Translations under genes and position numbers: made by a program
Assembly (NCBI GenBank): GCA_044892525.1
Contig: CM097885.1
Location: 29,948,001 to 30,012,000, forward strand
Direction: 5' to 3'
DNA: 64,000 bases
Source of the DNA: Schmidtea polychroa
Lineage: Eukaryota
Part shown: positions 49,867-63,357 of the stretch, in pieces
How positions within the stretch are numbered: the stretch's first letter is position 1
How the letters are laid out: the number at the start of each line of letters is the position of its first letter
The notes under the pieces: generated by a model
What the model was told of the DNA's origin: nothing
The model's input: the letters and a program-made list of their open reading frames with translations, nothing else
Database searches by the model: none

Positions 49867-51556
49867 AGCTTAAATAAATTAAATATGAAAATTAATGTTA
49901 AACACACTTACATACTCAAAAATTAAAAATGTTAACTTTATAAAGAATTTTTTTTAATAAAAAAATTTTGAAATTAATATTATAAGCAGGTATTATTCAA
50001 TACTGAATACTTCAAGCTTTCAAATTTTTCTAACGAAAACAATTTGATTTCAAAATTGAAATAGACAAACACACGTTTGTTGTATTTTATTTTGGTTGTT
50101 TTTTATTTTTTTATTCCTTATCGAAGATTGTAGCGTCAATGTTTTGCTTTTATTTTATGGCCTACTTGTTCAAACACATGAAATTTATTCTGATTATTAG
50201 CTAACTGTATATATTTGAATTTCAAACTCAAAATTTACTACACTCTGAGTGTTATCTGACTAATATTATGTTTCTTATTGGAATTTTTTTGTCATATGAA
50301 TCGAAACTTATTTTAAATATGTTTATAAAGTTAGAAATTCAATAAATAAAAAACTGATTTTTATATGCAATTTTCCATAGTGCAAGCGGGCTACTTTCGA
50401 TAGCTACGCGGTCGACGCTTTTGCCAGCCCTGATATAGATCGATAAAAATCGTAGTGATTAGTATTTTAAATTTATTTAATTTTTTAATTTTTAATTATT
50501 TTTTTTGATTTATTTATCATATTTATTTTTATTAATTAAAATTTTTTATTTTTATTAATAAATTTAATTATTAATTTATAGTTATATTTGTTTATAATAC
50601 ATGTTTTTTTATATTATTAATCATTATTAATTTAAATTTTATTAATTCTTTATTTAATAAAGTTATTTTAATTATATTATTTTATTATTAATATTCACTG
50701 AAATAAATTAATGCTTTAAATATGCTATTCTTATTATAAATGCAATAATATATAGATCGATAAAAATAGTATTATATTATTATAAATTTATTTAATTTTT
50801 GTTATTTTTATTTAGTTATTATTTATGATTTTTTTAAATTTATCATATAATTTTATTAATTATTTTTTTAATTTTTATTATCGTTATTATTATTATTTAG
50901 TACCCCTAAATATGCACAAAATTAAACTGATAATTAATTTAAAAAGTAACAAGAATGATTTTTTATAAATTTAATTAAACATTTTTTAATTATTAATTTT
51001 TTATTATTTTATTAATTTTTTTGGTAATTTTCTTACATTATCCTAATCTAATCAACACGTGCGTTTATTTGCTCGATATATGTAAATAAATAAAATTTAC
51101 GAGATTTGCATCGGCGAACAGATTTATTGTACAAATGAATTTCAATTTATCGACATTAAGGAGAATTTCTAATAATTACTGAAATAATTTATATGCTTAC
51201 AAATGCATTGGGATCTGGCATTTTAGTACTGCACGTTCATAGGCTCGTTACCAAGTCCAAACCTGTCTGCTTTGTTGTTGAAAGGGTTAACAATCTTATA
51301 TTCTCCTCACTCCTTTCCACGACCCATAGCAACCAATGGAACATGACAAATCAGGCAGCGGTTGTTAGCAAATCAATATTATTATAATTTATAAGGCAAA
51401 GTAATAAATAATAATTAAATTAAATTAATGATTATAATAATAATAATAATAAAAATTAATAATAAATAATCAATAAAAAATAAATGCATAAATAATCAAT
51501 AAATAATAATCATTTAATAAATAATAATAATAATAATAATAAATAAATAATAAATT

Positions 51557-51588
<32 letters not shown>

Positions 51589-52889
51589 ATAAATTATAAT
51601 AATAATATTATTAATAATAAATAAATAAATAGTAATAAAATAATAATAATAATAAATAATAAACAATAAATAAATAATAAATAAATAGTCTTCTGATTCA
51701 ATCATATATCAACGCGTATTTAGTTGGTTTGATTTAGTGGCTTGCTCTCCTACATCACAATGCAGTCACAATGCAACAAAATCGTAGAATCCAATCATTA
51801 CTTCGTTATTTGTGTGTTGATTCATGTGAAAAGTCTAGCAGAAACCCAGCGGCATCAAGTGTTGTGTGCCACATGGCCAATCTAATAGAAATGAATATAA
51901 ATGTTCCTCTGATCGGTGCTGGACTGCCTTCATTTTGCAATAAATAAATATCTCCTATAACGGGCGTTTCACCATCAACAAGTCGCAGCAGTTGGAAAAT
52001 GTTGCTAGGGAACCAAATCAGATAAAAATTCTTGTTCATTAACCGCGCTTTTTATACTCTGCTCAATCTTTTCCTTTTGAACGTCTTTAAGTTCCAACAA
52101 ACGTTACGAGAGCAACCATGTCTGTAAAAACTGAAGAAATCTAATTTAAATTGCCCAAATCTTTAAGTAGATTGCAATGAGCAATGACAAAATCTCTTTG
52201 GAAATTTTAGTGTAATGAATTCTGGTCAAATTCTTTCTGTCTCCTTGGAGTCCTTAGTGTTTCCAGTGGTATCAACGCTTTCTATTGACAAATATTGACA
52301 CAGATCAAGTCACAAACAGAATGTTAAATAATAGTCTGTTTTGACATTCAAGTAAGAAAATATAAAATTTTGAACCCGCCTTTTCATTTTGGAGCATTGC
52401 TTCATAACTTTTTGGGGGTGGCGGATCACATTTGATTTTATAAAATTTTCCCGCAGTATCAGAACTAATATATCAATTCCAGTAATTACATTGTTTGTCA
52501 TTGAAAGTAAATAGCAATCTTCCTGATCACTATCGACTGAAGGAATTGATTAATATTAGTAAACACAATTTTTTGAAAAATATATTGAAATGTTGCTTGA
52601 TTTAAACTTTTATAATTTTTAAAATTTGAATTGAAAAAACAGAATCACACCAAACATCATTTTCAAGACAAATCTATCTATGGCCACATCTAGTAAAATA
52701 ATTCAGCAATTCATCTTTGAACTCCAATAAACGAGATATAACCTTACCTCGAGACAACCATCTAATTTCAGTATATCAAAGCAATTTTTCATATTTGGCT
52801 TCCATCGATATATAAATACTTATATCAATATATCAATATATCAATTTAATTGATATCAATACATACAATATACAAAAATTATTTAAAAA

Positions 52890-53330
52890 CATTTAAGTAT
52901 TCACTGCATTCTGCACATTACTTTTCGGATTCAATGATTTTATCAACAACGCCTCACAAATCACACGTTCCCAATAATTATCGAAATTTTTTTATAAAAT
53001 TTTAAAATCAGACATACCTATTTTGCTCTTACAGCTTTTATTGTGCTCACCAATATGGGTCAATGTCTTCGGTTTACAATGTTCTCGAGCTCGAATACAG
53101 AGATAACGGGAAGTCTCTCCAATGTATGTGGCATTACACCCATTACATGTAAACGGATAAACGAGATCGGAACACAATTCGACCGGAGTTTTTGACTTAT
53201 TAATAAACATATTGCTTACTTCCTATGAAGTTGACACTATCCTAATTGCTTTCTTATCTTCACTTTATAATCCTTAAAACCTTCTGAGTACGGCAATACT
53301 AACACAAATTTAGGCTGATCATCCTTGCTC
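52890..53330 (-). pseudogene. Penelope-like element GIY-YIG endonuclease relic
   Basis: LVYPFTCNGCNATYIGETSRYLCIRAREH...FKIL..ICEALLIK. Confidence 0.85.
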
Positions 53331-54209
53331 ACACTATTTAATTTATTAAACTCATCAGACTCGCACTCAACAAAATCACACCCAGAAATTCTCAAACATG
53401 GATCCTTAGGATTTTTAATAAATATGTCAACAGAAGTAAATTATTTGCATATTCATATTATAATTGCAATAATATATAGGTCGATGAAAATGGTTTTGAT
53501 TGATAAATATTTTTATTTTCATTTATCATTCAATGATCCTGCTGATAATAACATCATTTACAAAATTTTCCGTCTACTGAAAACAATTTTACAAATTGAC
53601 AATTCATTAGAGACTCATAACCACCACCTGCGGATCTCGTTATATACCTGCATGTTACGCTGATAAAATTTGCGGTAATTCTATAGTAGCAATTAATTCA
53701 AAGGATCGGACATTTTATGTACTGAAAATTGCATTTGTGAGAATATTATTTGTAAATACGTAATGATTTCAACAGGAAATCGAAATATAACATTACTGCT
53801 TTCCAATTGTTATTCAGGGCCCTGATAATTCTTATAACACTAAATAATTCCGATTTACAAAATTAGGCTTGATAATCTTTATACATTTATACATTAATTT
53901 AATGAATTTAATAAGATTTAGCATTCTCATAGTTTATATCAGTGTTTCTCAACCTTTTTGACTTTCAGTCCCACAATTTTTGTTCGCAAAGATCCCAGGA
54001 CAACTTTCACATTACGACACGATTTTTAAGTCTTACCATCCTCATATAGTTTATATATGACAGTCGTTTAATTTCTAGACTTTATAACTTAATTTCAATT
54101 AATTAAGTCGATTGAAATAAAAATGTAATATTGTCGATTAAAATATGCAATTTATATGTAATCAATAATTGGAAAAATGTATTTATCATATATTTCTCTC
54201 CCTTACAAA

Positions 54210-56787
54210 AATACTCCTACAACAAATCTATAACCGAATACTTTCCAGATACGATTCCCGAATATGACACTAATTTTTTGCCGGGAAACTCTGGAACCAA
54301 TGTGTCCAATAGTTTGCTAGTGATGATGAAAGCAGACGAACAAAATGGGCTATTTGATGCGATTGAACCAAAATTGAACAAAATAATCATCACTGAAAAA
54401 CGTAAAACCTCCATCACAGATATAAAGGTGTTCAACAATCGATTGTTTGTTTGTGCTTCACGCGGGTTACTGAAGCAATACCATTTGGGCACTCATGAGT
54501 GCATTATGGATTATAAAGGCCACCAATCATTGATCCATTGCCTGTTGCCGACAGTTCACCCGGTCGGTGTCAAACGGATTCTAAGCGGGGGGCGCGATAA
54601 TGCGCTATTAGTTCATGATATCGATGTAATTCTTCCTCCATTGCCACCTCATTCTCTCTCATCTCCAATATTTCTTTATAGACTGGCGCAATTTTGCACA
54701 AAATTCAAGAAGACAGCACAATTCGATCGATCTGTGATCTATTGGATTTCGTTTACTACGGCACTGCCAAGGGAAATGTCGCTACGTTCTCATTGGAAAA
54801 GAATAGGCGAATGAGCAGTTTCAAAGCATCCGCTGGGGGGATTACCTGCTTGAGCGCAACAAAGGAAGGCAATGTTCATCTGCTGTTTGTCGGCGCATAT
54901 GTAAATCCATCAATATTGTCTATTTGTTGATGGTTTGTAACGGTTGCCCTTCTAGACAGGTAGTTACAGCGTCTGGGACGCAATCACCTATGTCAAGCTC
55001 AAGACCATTACTCCAGTGTCCCGTAAAGAAATCCCAATCGATTTCACCATTCTCCAGAAGCAGCGGGTGCTGGCATACACTAAAAATCATGTCCATTTCA
55101 TTCCATATGCAGTGAGTATTTATCCCTTATATAATATTGCCATCCGAATATCTTTTATTATCATATCAATAAATATTGAATAAAATCATTATTTAGCGCA
55201 TTCAAAGCAAATTTATCAATAGAACATATTATGTTGTTGATAATAAAAATGTCAGATAATAATATTTATTTATTTACCAATTAAAATATACAAAAAACAT
55301 GTTAATAATTGTGTATTTCATAAATAGCATTGTAACATCTAGAAATGGGGACTCAATTTATACACGATTAATGTCCTTGGTAATTCTTGTTATTCGCATG
55401 TTTGTCCTCAAATTGAATCCCGAAGCACTATGAAATGATGAAGCTGGTGTAGAGTTAGTTGATACTTGTATATTGATTTATCAGTGAAAGGGTTTGAGGG
55501 TGCCTGGGAGCACCAAAATTTGAATTCGTTACAAATTTATGCAACATAACGGTTCCTCAATTCGAGACCGTTATCAATGTGTAATTCTTTTGGTACGATG
55601 CATTAATTAAAAATAACTACATCAAAATTGGTATTATTATTATTATTATTGATATATTAATGATTATTGATTTATTTAATTATTATTATTATTGATGTAT
55701 TGATTCTTTGAATAGATAAATAATTGATATTCTTTTATTATTTTTATATCCCTGGAAATTTTTAGAAATAAAAATGGATTGCAAATTAGGTTGGAAAGTA
55801 GGTGAAAAATTCTAATTTTGATAATAGAGATTTGTAGAAGCAATGGCGTCAGACTCTGTAAAAGGTTTGGGAATACAAAAGTTAGGAAATTATCTGCCAG
55901 AAATATGAAGCAAAATCATTTATTTATTGCATTCAATACAAATTTACAATTTATTAATAAAATCATTATATCAATTAATAATTGATTTATTAAATTAATA
56001 TTATAATTATTAATGTTCGATTTTGAATATATTTGATATTGATAGAATAATAATTAATGTTTTTATTAATTGATATTGGAACTGCTTATACAGGTGGGCT
56101 AGGAACATTGACACATTTAAATTTAAATAAAACCAAATTGAAATAAAAAAATAAAATATAAAATAAAGTATTTTAAAAATAAAAGTACTTGTGTTGCTTG
56201 TAGGGACGGGATCATTTCAGCGAAGCTTAAAATGCACACGGAATGGTCTTAGTAGTTACTTGGCCGTTTTAATGAATATTTCATTTGGGAATCAAAAATT
56301 ATTTATTGATTTTATTTATTTTAATTGGTTTTATATAAATGTCATGCGTGTCAGATCTGTTTGCGCCATCCTGTACAGTGAGGAGTTTCCTATCAGTTTC
56401 TTATTGTAACGTTAAACATTAATTGATTTCCTAGAAAATGAAGTTTACGTCATCATTCAATCATTTCGATTCAATCAGCCGTTTATGCTTGACTAGCAAT
56501 TACATAATCATTGGAGATGCGTGTGGGAAAATTGCGCTGTATAAAATCAAAGTAAAGCTTGCAAACCTTCAGCAAATGATATTATTTGCCATATTTACAG
56601 GGTTCTCATATACAAAAAATACCAAAACGAACAATTGCCAACTCTAATTCTCCCATAGTTTCATTGACATTTTACAACAATACAGTAGGAGCTTCGCGTA
56701 ATTTTGCACTTACCTATTCGCTCTTTTCAGATTATAAGCGGCGATAAAACTGCGACAATTTATTTTAATCGGTTGGTCGAATCGTAA
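54210..56787 (+). CDS. Spliced WD40-repeat gene, ZNF106-like C-terminal propeller
   Basis: Joined exons YKGHQSLIHCL..LSGGRDNALLVHDID|TGAILHKIQED..YYGTAKGNVATFSLEKNRR..ITCLSATKEGNVHLLFVGAY|TGSYSVWDA resemble the ZNF106 WD40 region as I recall it. Later exons at ~56435-56787 end LVES*. The 5' limit is uncertain. Confidence 0.75.
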
Positions 56788-58230
56788 CATTGGGAAATTG
56801 CAAGTTTACAGATTACAGGTTATTTTCTAGAGCTTATGAGAAATTGTAAATAAAATAAATTTTTGTCTTCTTATTGGTTGAATTTTATCAAATTTTGGAT
56901 TATTATTATTGATTATTATTATTTATTATTGTTATTGATTATTAATTATTGATTATTATTATTTATTATTGTTATTGATTATTATTTTTGATATAATTAT
57001 TTGTATTTATTGTTACAATATTTGGATTTGATATTTTCATGACTGCCGTTAGAAGGTGTTATGTATTAACGTTCAATTAAAAAAAAAAAATCAAATTTTA
57101 TTTCAATAAATTGGCGGGCCACTTGGCCAAAAAGGGGAGAACTTCTCACCCTTGGAGTTCTGCAGCTTTTAATCTTTCAACTGCTATTGCCGGAATTGAA
57201 ACTCCCGCAATTGTACGTGGTTACAGACGGGATAAGCGGAGTTGATCGGATTGGTAGTATTGTCGAAGTCTGAGTTAGCGTTGACAATTGAGTTAACCGT
57301 CTCGATCAATTGATTTAGGGCATCATGAGTGAGGTTCTGATTGAAGAGATTAGGTTGCAGATGATGATTTTATCAGAAGTATAATTTTCGGAGATTTCTG
57401 GACAAGATTGGTAGTATTGACGAGTTTTTTCGGTCCGCCAATTGAGAGGAATACCGGATCGTACAGGATAATATCTGAAATAAATAAATGTCGGGGCAGG
57501 AAGGCTCCCTTGCAAAATCTATATAGCGCTTATTATAATACTTATTATATTATATATTGTAAGGAGTTGGTGAAGGTTGGGACAAGTATAGATAGTAGTA
57601 TTAGTTGGTAGTATTAGTGATTATAGTAGTGATAGTATAATAAAGATCATTATAGTATTGATAAGAACAACTAAAAAGACCACCAAATAGGCAGAACCCC
57701 TACAAGGATTCCTACATAAACCCATTTGGTGATTGGCACACGCAGTACATTATTAATAGATAATAATAGATATAATAATAGATATAATAATAATTATAAT
57801 AATAATAATAATGTAATATCAATAATAATAATAATGTGATATTAATAAAAATAATACAAATAATAATAATAATATTATATTAAATACATTAAGAATAATA
57901 ATATTGCAACATTAGGAATATATGGTCAGAGAGAGTTTAGATTTTAATTTTTAAGGTTATTAGTAATTGAGTATTTTAGTTATTTATTGGATTTATTTAC
58001 TGGAAGATATTTATATATTTGATTAATAATAGTTAATAATATAGATAATAGCCATAATACACAAATAGAATAGGATAATGCTCTGAGTACATATTATATA
58101 TCAATATCTGGGTTTCAAGATTGGTTTAACAAGAGACAAAGAAAATTGTAGAAGGGTGATATATAATAACCATAGAATACAAATAAATAAAAGATGCTTT
58201 GGCTACAAAAAGATAAATATATAAGTATAA

Positions 58231-61179
58231 TTAATTTTTATAAATATGTTGACGATATATTTGGTAGCTGCTATTGATTGCAGCTACACAAGCTTTTTTG
58301 GCTAGCTCCTTTATTTCATTATTGGATAGGCCAATAATTTTAAGTATCGAGTCATTATTATATTTGTCCCATGAACCAAGGGTGCCAACTACCAGCGCAT
58401 GTAGAGTGTGTGGGCATTTATGGAGTCTACCTATTTCCTCTCCTAGTTCCTTATATTTATTATAGTTATTTCTCCTAGAGTTGTCGTAGTTTTCTCTGGA
58501 GTCGAAAGGAACCTTAATGTCTAAGATATGGATAGATTTGTTACGCTTAGATTTTAGAAGAAGATCGGGCTTAAGGGTGGAATTGGTACCTTCAGGTATT
58601 TTCTCTATGTCTACTTCATAGTTAATAGATATAAGGAAGTTTGCCACAGTTTCTAGGACATTATCATGCTTATTTCGTCTTGCATTAATACGTGCTTGGC
58701 AATGATTGAAGATGTGTGCAGGTGTTTCTGGGTGGGCATGGCAGTGCCGGCAGAGTATAGATTTATTAGTCTTTAGGCGGTGTGGTGAGTAGTTCAGTTT
58801 TAGAAGGTTGTTGCGTGCGCGAATAAGAAAAAGGAATTAGGCATCAGGAAGGATGTCACTTTTAAAGAAATAGTCGGCGATGTTGCTTTCGCTAATTGCC
58901 TTTGCCATATAGCCCTAGCATTTCATCGCACACCAACGTTCAGCATGAATAAGGCCAATAATAGAGTGTAGTTCAGCTGAGGTTCTATCCACATTACCTA
59001 GGGAGAAGTAATTGATACGACTCTTATATTTTATTTCAAGCTGTAGAAGGTGCTCAAGCATTACAATGGATCTTTTAATACCCTGTTTTATTTGCAGGTC
59101 GAATCCATATTGTTGTATTTCAGAGTTACGAAGGATGTTGCGCGGAGAGTCAAGGATGTTGTGGTTAATGACACAATTTCTAAAAGTAAAGTTCAAGCGG
59201 GAGTGGATGAATACTTTAAAGGCATTAATTTTTTGCGAAGGATGTAGATGAGAGTTGAGAATTTTGTTTGTGTCTGTAATTGCGGAGTCTAGTCTTTCTT
59301 TGATACAGTGTTTAGTTTTATGGGAGAAGTCAACCCCAAGATATCTGTATATATTAGAATCATCAATTTTTGGAAGGGTTTCGCCATAGAGTAAAATAGG
59401 TTGGTAGTTGCAGTCGTGATCAACATGGAAGTATCCAGATTTCGAGGGTTTAAAGCGTAGGTTGACCTTTGTTGCAAGGGAGACAGTGAGAGATAGGGCC
59501 GACTTGATATTGGAGTAGGAATCGGATATAAGCACTATATCATCGGCATACGCAAGAATGCTAATGTTGTGATTATGAAAGAGAAACGGGTGAGTTTGTA
59601 AGACATTGCGGAGTATGAAGTCAATGGATAGACAGAACAGAGTCATGGACAAGGGGCAGCCTTGTTTCACACCTTTATAAATTGGTGTATAATCAGATTT
59701 TTCTCCCTCACATTCAAAGTAAGTTTGTACATTGTTGTACATGTCCTGAAGAAGAGCAATAGTGGTGTTGTGAAGACCCATCTCTGAGAGAGTGTGCCAG
59801 ATGAGTTCATGCGGAATAGATCCGAAGGCATCTGCTATATCTAGCCAAATGATATGTAGGTCATTTTTCTTGCGATAGGAAGAGTCTTTTATGAGATGGA
59901 GGATAAGATTGTGTTCAGCACATCCATCCGGTGCGCAGATAGCTTTTTGGTTAGGTGTTAGGAGATTTCCGTTACTGATCCATTCAAGAAGACGGTTATT
60001 CATTAGTGAGGCAAATATCCTATAGGCAGTGTTCATAATTGAGATCGGTCTCCAGGAGTTAGCCTCGTGGCTTATTTCAGCTTTACCAGATTTAAGAATG
60101 AGTCGGGTACGAAAGGATTTCCAGCATACTGGAGATCTGGAATTACGAAGGATGTTGTTACATAAGGCAAGGATGAGCTCAAAGTCAGGAGATATCTTTC
60201 TCCAATCGCTAAGAGATATTTTATCAGTACCAGGGGCAGTATTGTCAAGTTGGCAGAAGATGCTTTTAATGTCATCAGTGTCAAAGGGAGTGATGGTGAA
60301 GGATTCAGAGAGTGTTGGGTACTGATAGTTAAGGTCAAAGGTGCAATCAGAGGTTTTGCTAGCGAAGAGTTTTAGGATATTATCCATATTTGGTGTGTGA
60401 GTTTTCACTTCATTATTTAAAATTTTGGAGATTTCCTCTTTAGGGGCAAATTTATATTTTTGTCTCTTGGTAAAGACCAGTTCTTTACTAACCTTATAAT
60501 TTTTATGAATTATGTCCGATGCTTTCTTTGTGATGTATTTATGAGGATTAATGCTTCCATTAATTCTCTCAATCTCACTTAAAGCAGCATCGCACTCTAT
60601 TAGATTATTGTTAAGATTAATAATTAGACAATTGATAAATGGTCGGAATTTCCGCACATCATCAATTGGCAATTTGCAATAATTATAATTATTTATAGTA
60701 GTTTTAATATTATTTATCATATTGGGTATATTAGGACAAGTTAATTTTTCACGTTTAATAAGGCATTCGATAAAGTGACATATATAGAAGGCAGAGTCAG
60801 TAGGTATGAAGCAGCGAGGGTATTCAGGGTTTTGAAGTTCAATTTTGACAGGGCTAACAATTTTTTGGAGATCAAGAATGGTTTCGAGAATATTTTGAGC
60901 TAGAAAGAGGTGAGTAGAAAGGCTATCGTCAAGAAGCGGGTCAATGAGGACAGCAAGTCTACGGTGTTTGTCGAGTAGAAAAAAGAACGAGTTGTCCTTA
61001 CCATCAGACATGGGCATGATAATCTCATTCCATTGAGCAAATTCAGAGAATGGAAAGGTGGCAAAGAAAGTTACATAGTTATGCTGGATAAGTGCATTTC
61101 CTATGAAAGGGTCCACAAAGATAGAGGAGTTTTTCAAGGCATTTGAGAAGATGTATGCCTTGATTGCGTGTTGGGACCA
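58231..61179 (-). pseudogene. ORF2 of element C: degenerate Ulp1-like domain, RT, CCHC, RLE; one nonsense codon
   Basis: APGTDKI, WLDIADAFGSI, GVKQGCPLS, LAYADDI; TAG at 58915-58917 where A2 has Gln; then CRHC..HIFNHC and LKPDLL..LDIKVPFD. Confidence 0.93.
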
Positions 61180-63357
61180 TCATGCCGACTCTTTCTCAAC
61201 ATTATTACCGAAAATAAGGGTATCAGGAAGAGGTCGTTTGACAATTTCGCTTTCAGAGAAGGTAGCCTCAAATTCTTGCGACTCAAGTATAGGGCGTAAG
61301 TTGTTCACATTATCGGGGAAACTATCCAGTACTTGGGAGATCACAAGCGGAGTGGGGATATTGCCCGGATACACGTAAGGTTCAGGGTGGTTTTCGAGGA
61401 TATGTTGTCGGACAAGGTGATGAGAGATCCATGATCCACAAAAGCAGTATACCTCCTCGTCAGGATAAAAGATAAGTTTTTTATGCTTGACCTTTATATG
61501 GTTAATAATGGTCATAAGAGGGGTGTCAATGTCAAAGGTGGTTTTACATTTTTTACGATTTTTGCTATAGTTGAAACAGGTAAGGTTATTGGGGGGTGAT
61601 ATCCGTATTTCAGCGCGGCTCATATATTCAAGATCACATTGGTCTATGTGTTGAAAGTGGACAATGTGATTATAGATTTGTTTGAAGGTTATAGGATTTG
61701 GCGCATATTTATTCTCACCGGGGGCTCTACATTGAATGCAATCAATAAGTGTGTTTTCGTCAATTTTTAATCTATGAAAGTCCCACGCGTGTTTAAAGAT
61801 TTTTTTACGATTATGGACAGAAATAGGACTGCATAGGGTTGTCTTGCATTTCAATCTGCATTCAATTTTACCCCTACCATTAAGTTTGAAAAATATTTTG
61901 TTGTCTAGTTCACTCTCATCTGCAGTTTTTGGGATGAAGACATTGCGTGTGTGTTTGGCTAGCGTAATGGGTGTGAGGTAATTAGGAGATGGGACAGGGA
62001 TATTAGTCGCAAACACTTGTATTGTTTTATTTAATACTTCCATTTGTGATTGTATTCTTAATGCCTCTTGGATTTCGTTGCATTCAGATTCAGAAGGAGT
62101 AGGCGCGGTGATTTTTGGGGTGTTGATATGCTCAGTAATGTTGGTAGTATTAGGTTGAATAAATTCAGGCGTATTATGAAGAGAAGCTGTTGTCATTAGG
62201 TGTGGATCAGTGACGTTGTTAGAAGGAGATGACATTGTGGGTTGGAGAGGTGAGTCTTCGTCGTTAGAGGGTATACTGCTGCTCGATAGATTCACATCAT
62301 CTATGTCCGAGTTGAAAAGATCGGTATTTGGCTGGGGATTCGCAGAGGATTGTGGAGGGTTGTTAAGAGTTTGAGAATTAGTTTCATACATAGGAAGGGG
62401 GCCAATCGTGTCATCGAGGTCACAGCTGTAGTGTGAAGTGTCAATGGTGTATTCGGAGCAAGAGGTGGACGAGGAGTTATTAGAGTTTTCAGAATCATTG
62501 TCAGTAGAATCATTTAATGGAGAGCGTTTAATAAGAGGGAGGGCAATACTGGATTCATCAGTATTGATATTGGACAGAGATAGATGAGGTTTATGGGTTT
62601 TCACTTTCTTGTGGTTATTAATAAAAATATTTTCCAAATTATTAGTTTTATTTTTATAAATAGAATATAGGGTTGTGTATTTACCCTTTTGAAAGCTTTT
62701 TTTATCATTAAAAGATTTTATTACTTTATTATTATTAATATCATTAAGAGTTGGAGGAAGGTTTTTAACATCCTTGGGCTTATAGATGAAGTCATTGGGG
62801 ATAGGCTCAGAAAAATGACGTTTCAAGGAGGTTCCAAGGTTTTTATTAGACAGAGTTTGAGGTATAGTGTGAGCATTTGGAGAGTTAGCTAAGTAATTGG
62901 CCGTATTCATAGGAGTAAGAAAGGTATCAGTAGTTTGTGGATTTGGAGTTTGTTCTCCAACTAGATTGTCTAAGGTAGATGAAGAACTAACAAGATTTTC
63001 GCTGAAGGTGACAGTCTTTGAGGAGGCGAGTCGGCCGTAGGCCGGCGAGCTGCGTGTTTTCTCGTGTTCCGAAGGAACACGAGAAAAATTTTTTCTAGAA
63101 AGAGTGTGGTAAGAGAAATTGTGATATTTAAACAAGGAAATATTTTTGTTTAATATCGATAATTTATTTAATTCAATGAAATTAGATATATTAGATAAAA
63201 TAGTGTTAATTAATTCACCAGAAAATCCATTAGCATCAGGGACTTCTGGAGAATTTTCATAATAATTAGTAATAATTTTTTTAATTATATATTTAATTTT
63301 ACGTTTAAAAAATTTTTCATATTTACCATTTTGGTTATTAGTATAATTTGTTATCAT
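61180..63357 (-). CDS. ORF1 of element C: low-complexity region then C2H2-like fingers
   Basis: 725-aa ORF with CRLKC..HAWDFH, CIQC..HIVH, C..C..HIKVKH and CFCG..HILENH; ends at an in-frame TGA. Confidence 0.85.
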   Translation of the reverse strand: MITNYTNNQNGKYEKFFKRKIKYIIKKIITNYYENSPEVPDANGFSGELINTILSNISNFIELNKLSILNKNISLFKYHNFSYHTLSRKNFSRVPSEHEKTRSSPAYGRLASSKTVTFSENLVSSSSTLDNLVGEQTPNPQTTDTFLTPMNTANYLANSPNAHTIPQTLSNKNLGTSLKRHFSEPIPNDFIYKPKDVKNLPPTLNDINNNKVIKSFNDKKSFQKGKYTTLYSIYKNKTNNLENIFINNHKKVKTHKPHLSLSNINTDESSIALPLIKRSPLNDSTDNDSENSNNSSSTSCSEYTIDTSHYSCDLDDTIGPLPMYETNSQTLNNPPQSSANPQPNTDLFNSDIDDVNLSSSSIPSNDEDSPLQPTMSSPSNNVTDPHLMTTASLHNTPEFIQPNTTNITEHINTPKITAPTPSESECNEIQEALRIQSQMEVLNKTIQVFATNIPVPSPNYLTPITLAKHTRNVFIPKTADESELDNKIFFKLNGRGKIECRLKCKTTLCSPISVHNRKKIFKHAWDFHRLKIDENTLIDCIQCRAPGENKYAPNPITFKQIYNHIVHFQHIDQCDLEYMSRAEIRISPPNNLTCFNYSKNRKKCKTTFDIDTPLMTIINHIKVKHKKLIFYPDEEVYCFCGSWISHHLVRQHILENHPEPYVYPGNIPTPLVISQVLDSFPDNVNNLRPILESQEFEATFSESEIVKRPLPDTLIFGNNVEKESA

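Larger units (their letters stand above)
46818..50432 (-). mobile_element. hAT (Charlie/GTF2IRD2-like) DNA transposon
   Basis: TIR CAGGGGTGGCAAA / TTTGCCAGCCCTG; perfect 8-bp TSD ATATAGAT (46810-46817 and 50433-50440). Confidence 0.96.

Noticed and set aside
51100..52550. Possible minus-strand exons
   Set aside because: Coding-like composition, but with stops and no recognisable homology.
56090..56376. Mariner-type MITE; also a lone hAT-like end CAGTGTTTCTCAACC at 53940
   Set aside because: TIRs too degenerate or unpaired to support a call.
61178..61182. TGATG stop-start reinitiation in element C
   Set aside because: That ATG is in a different frame from ORF2, which continues in the ORF1 frame.
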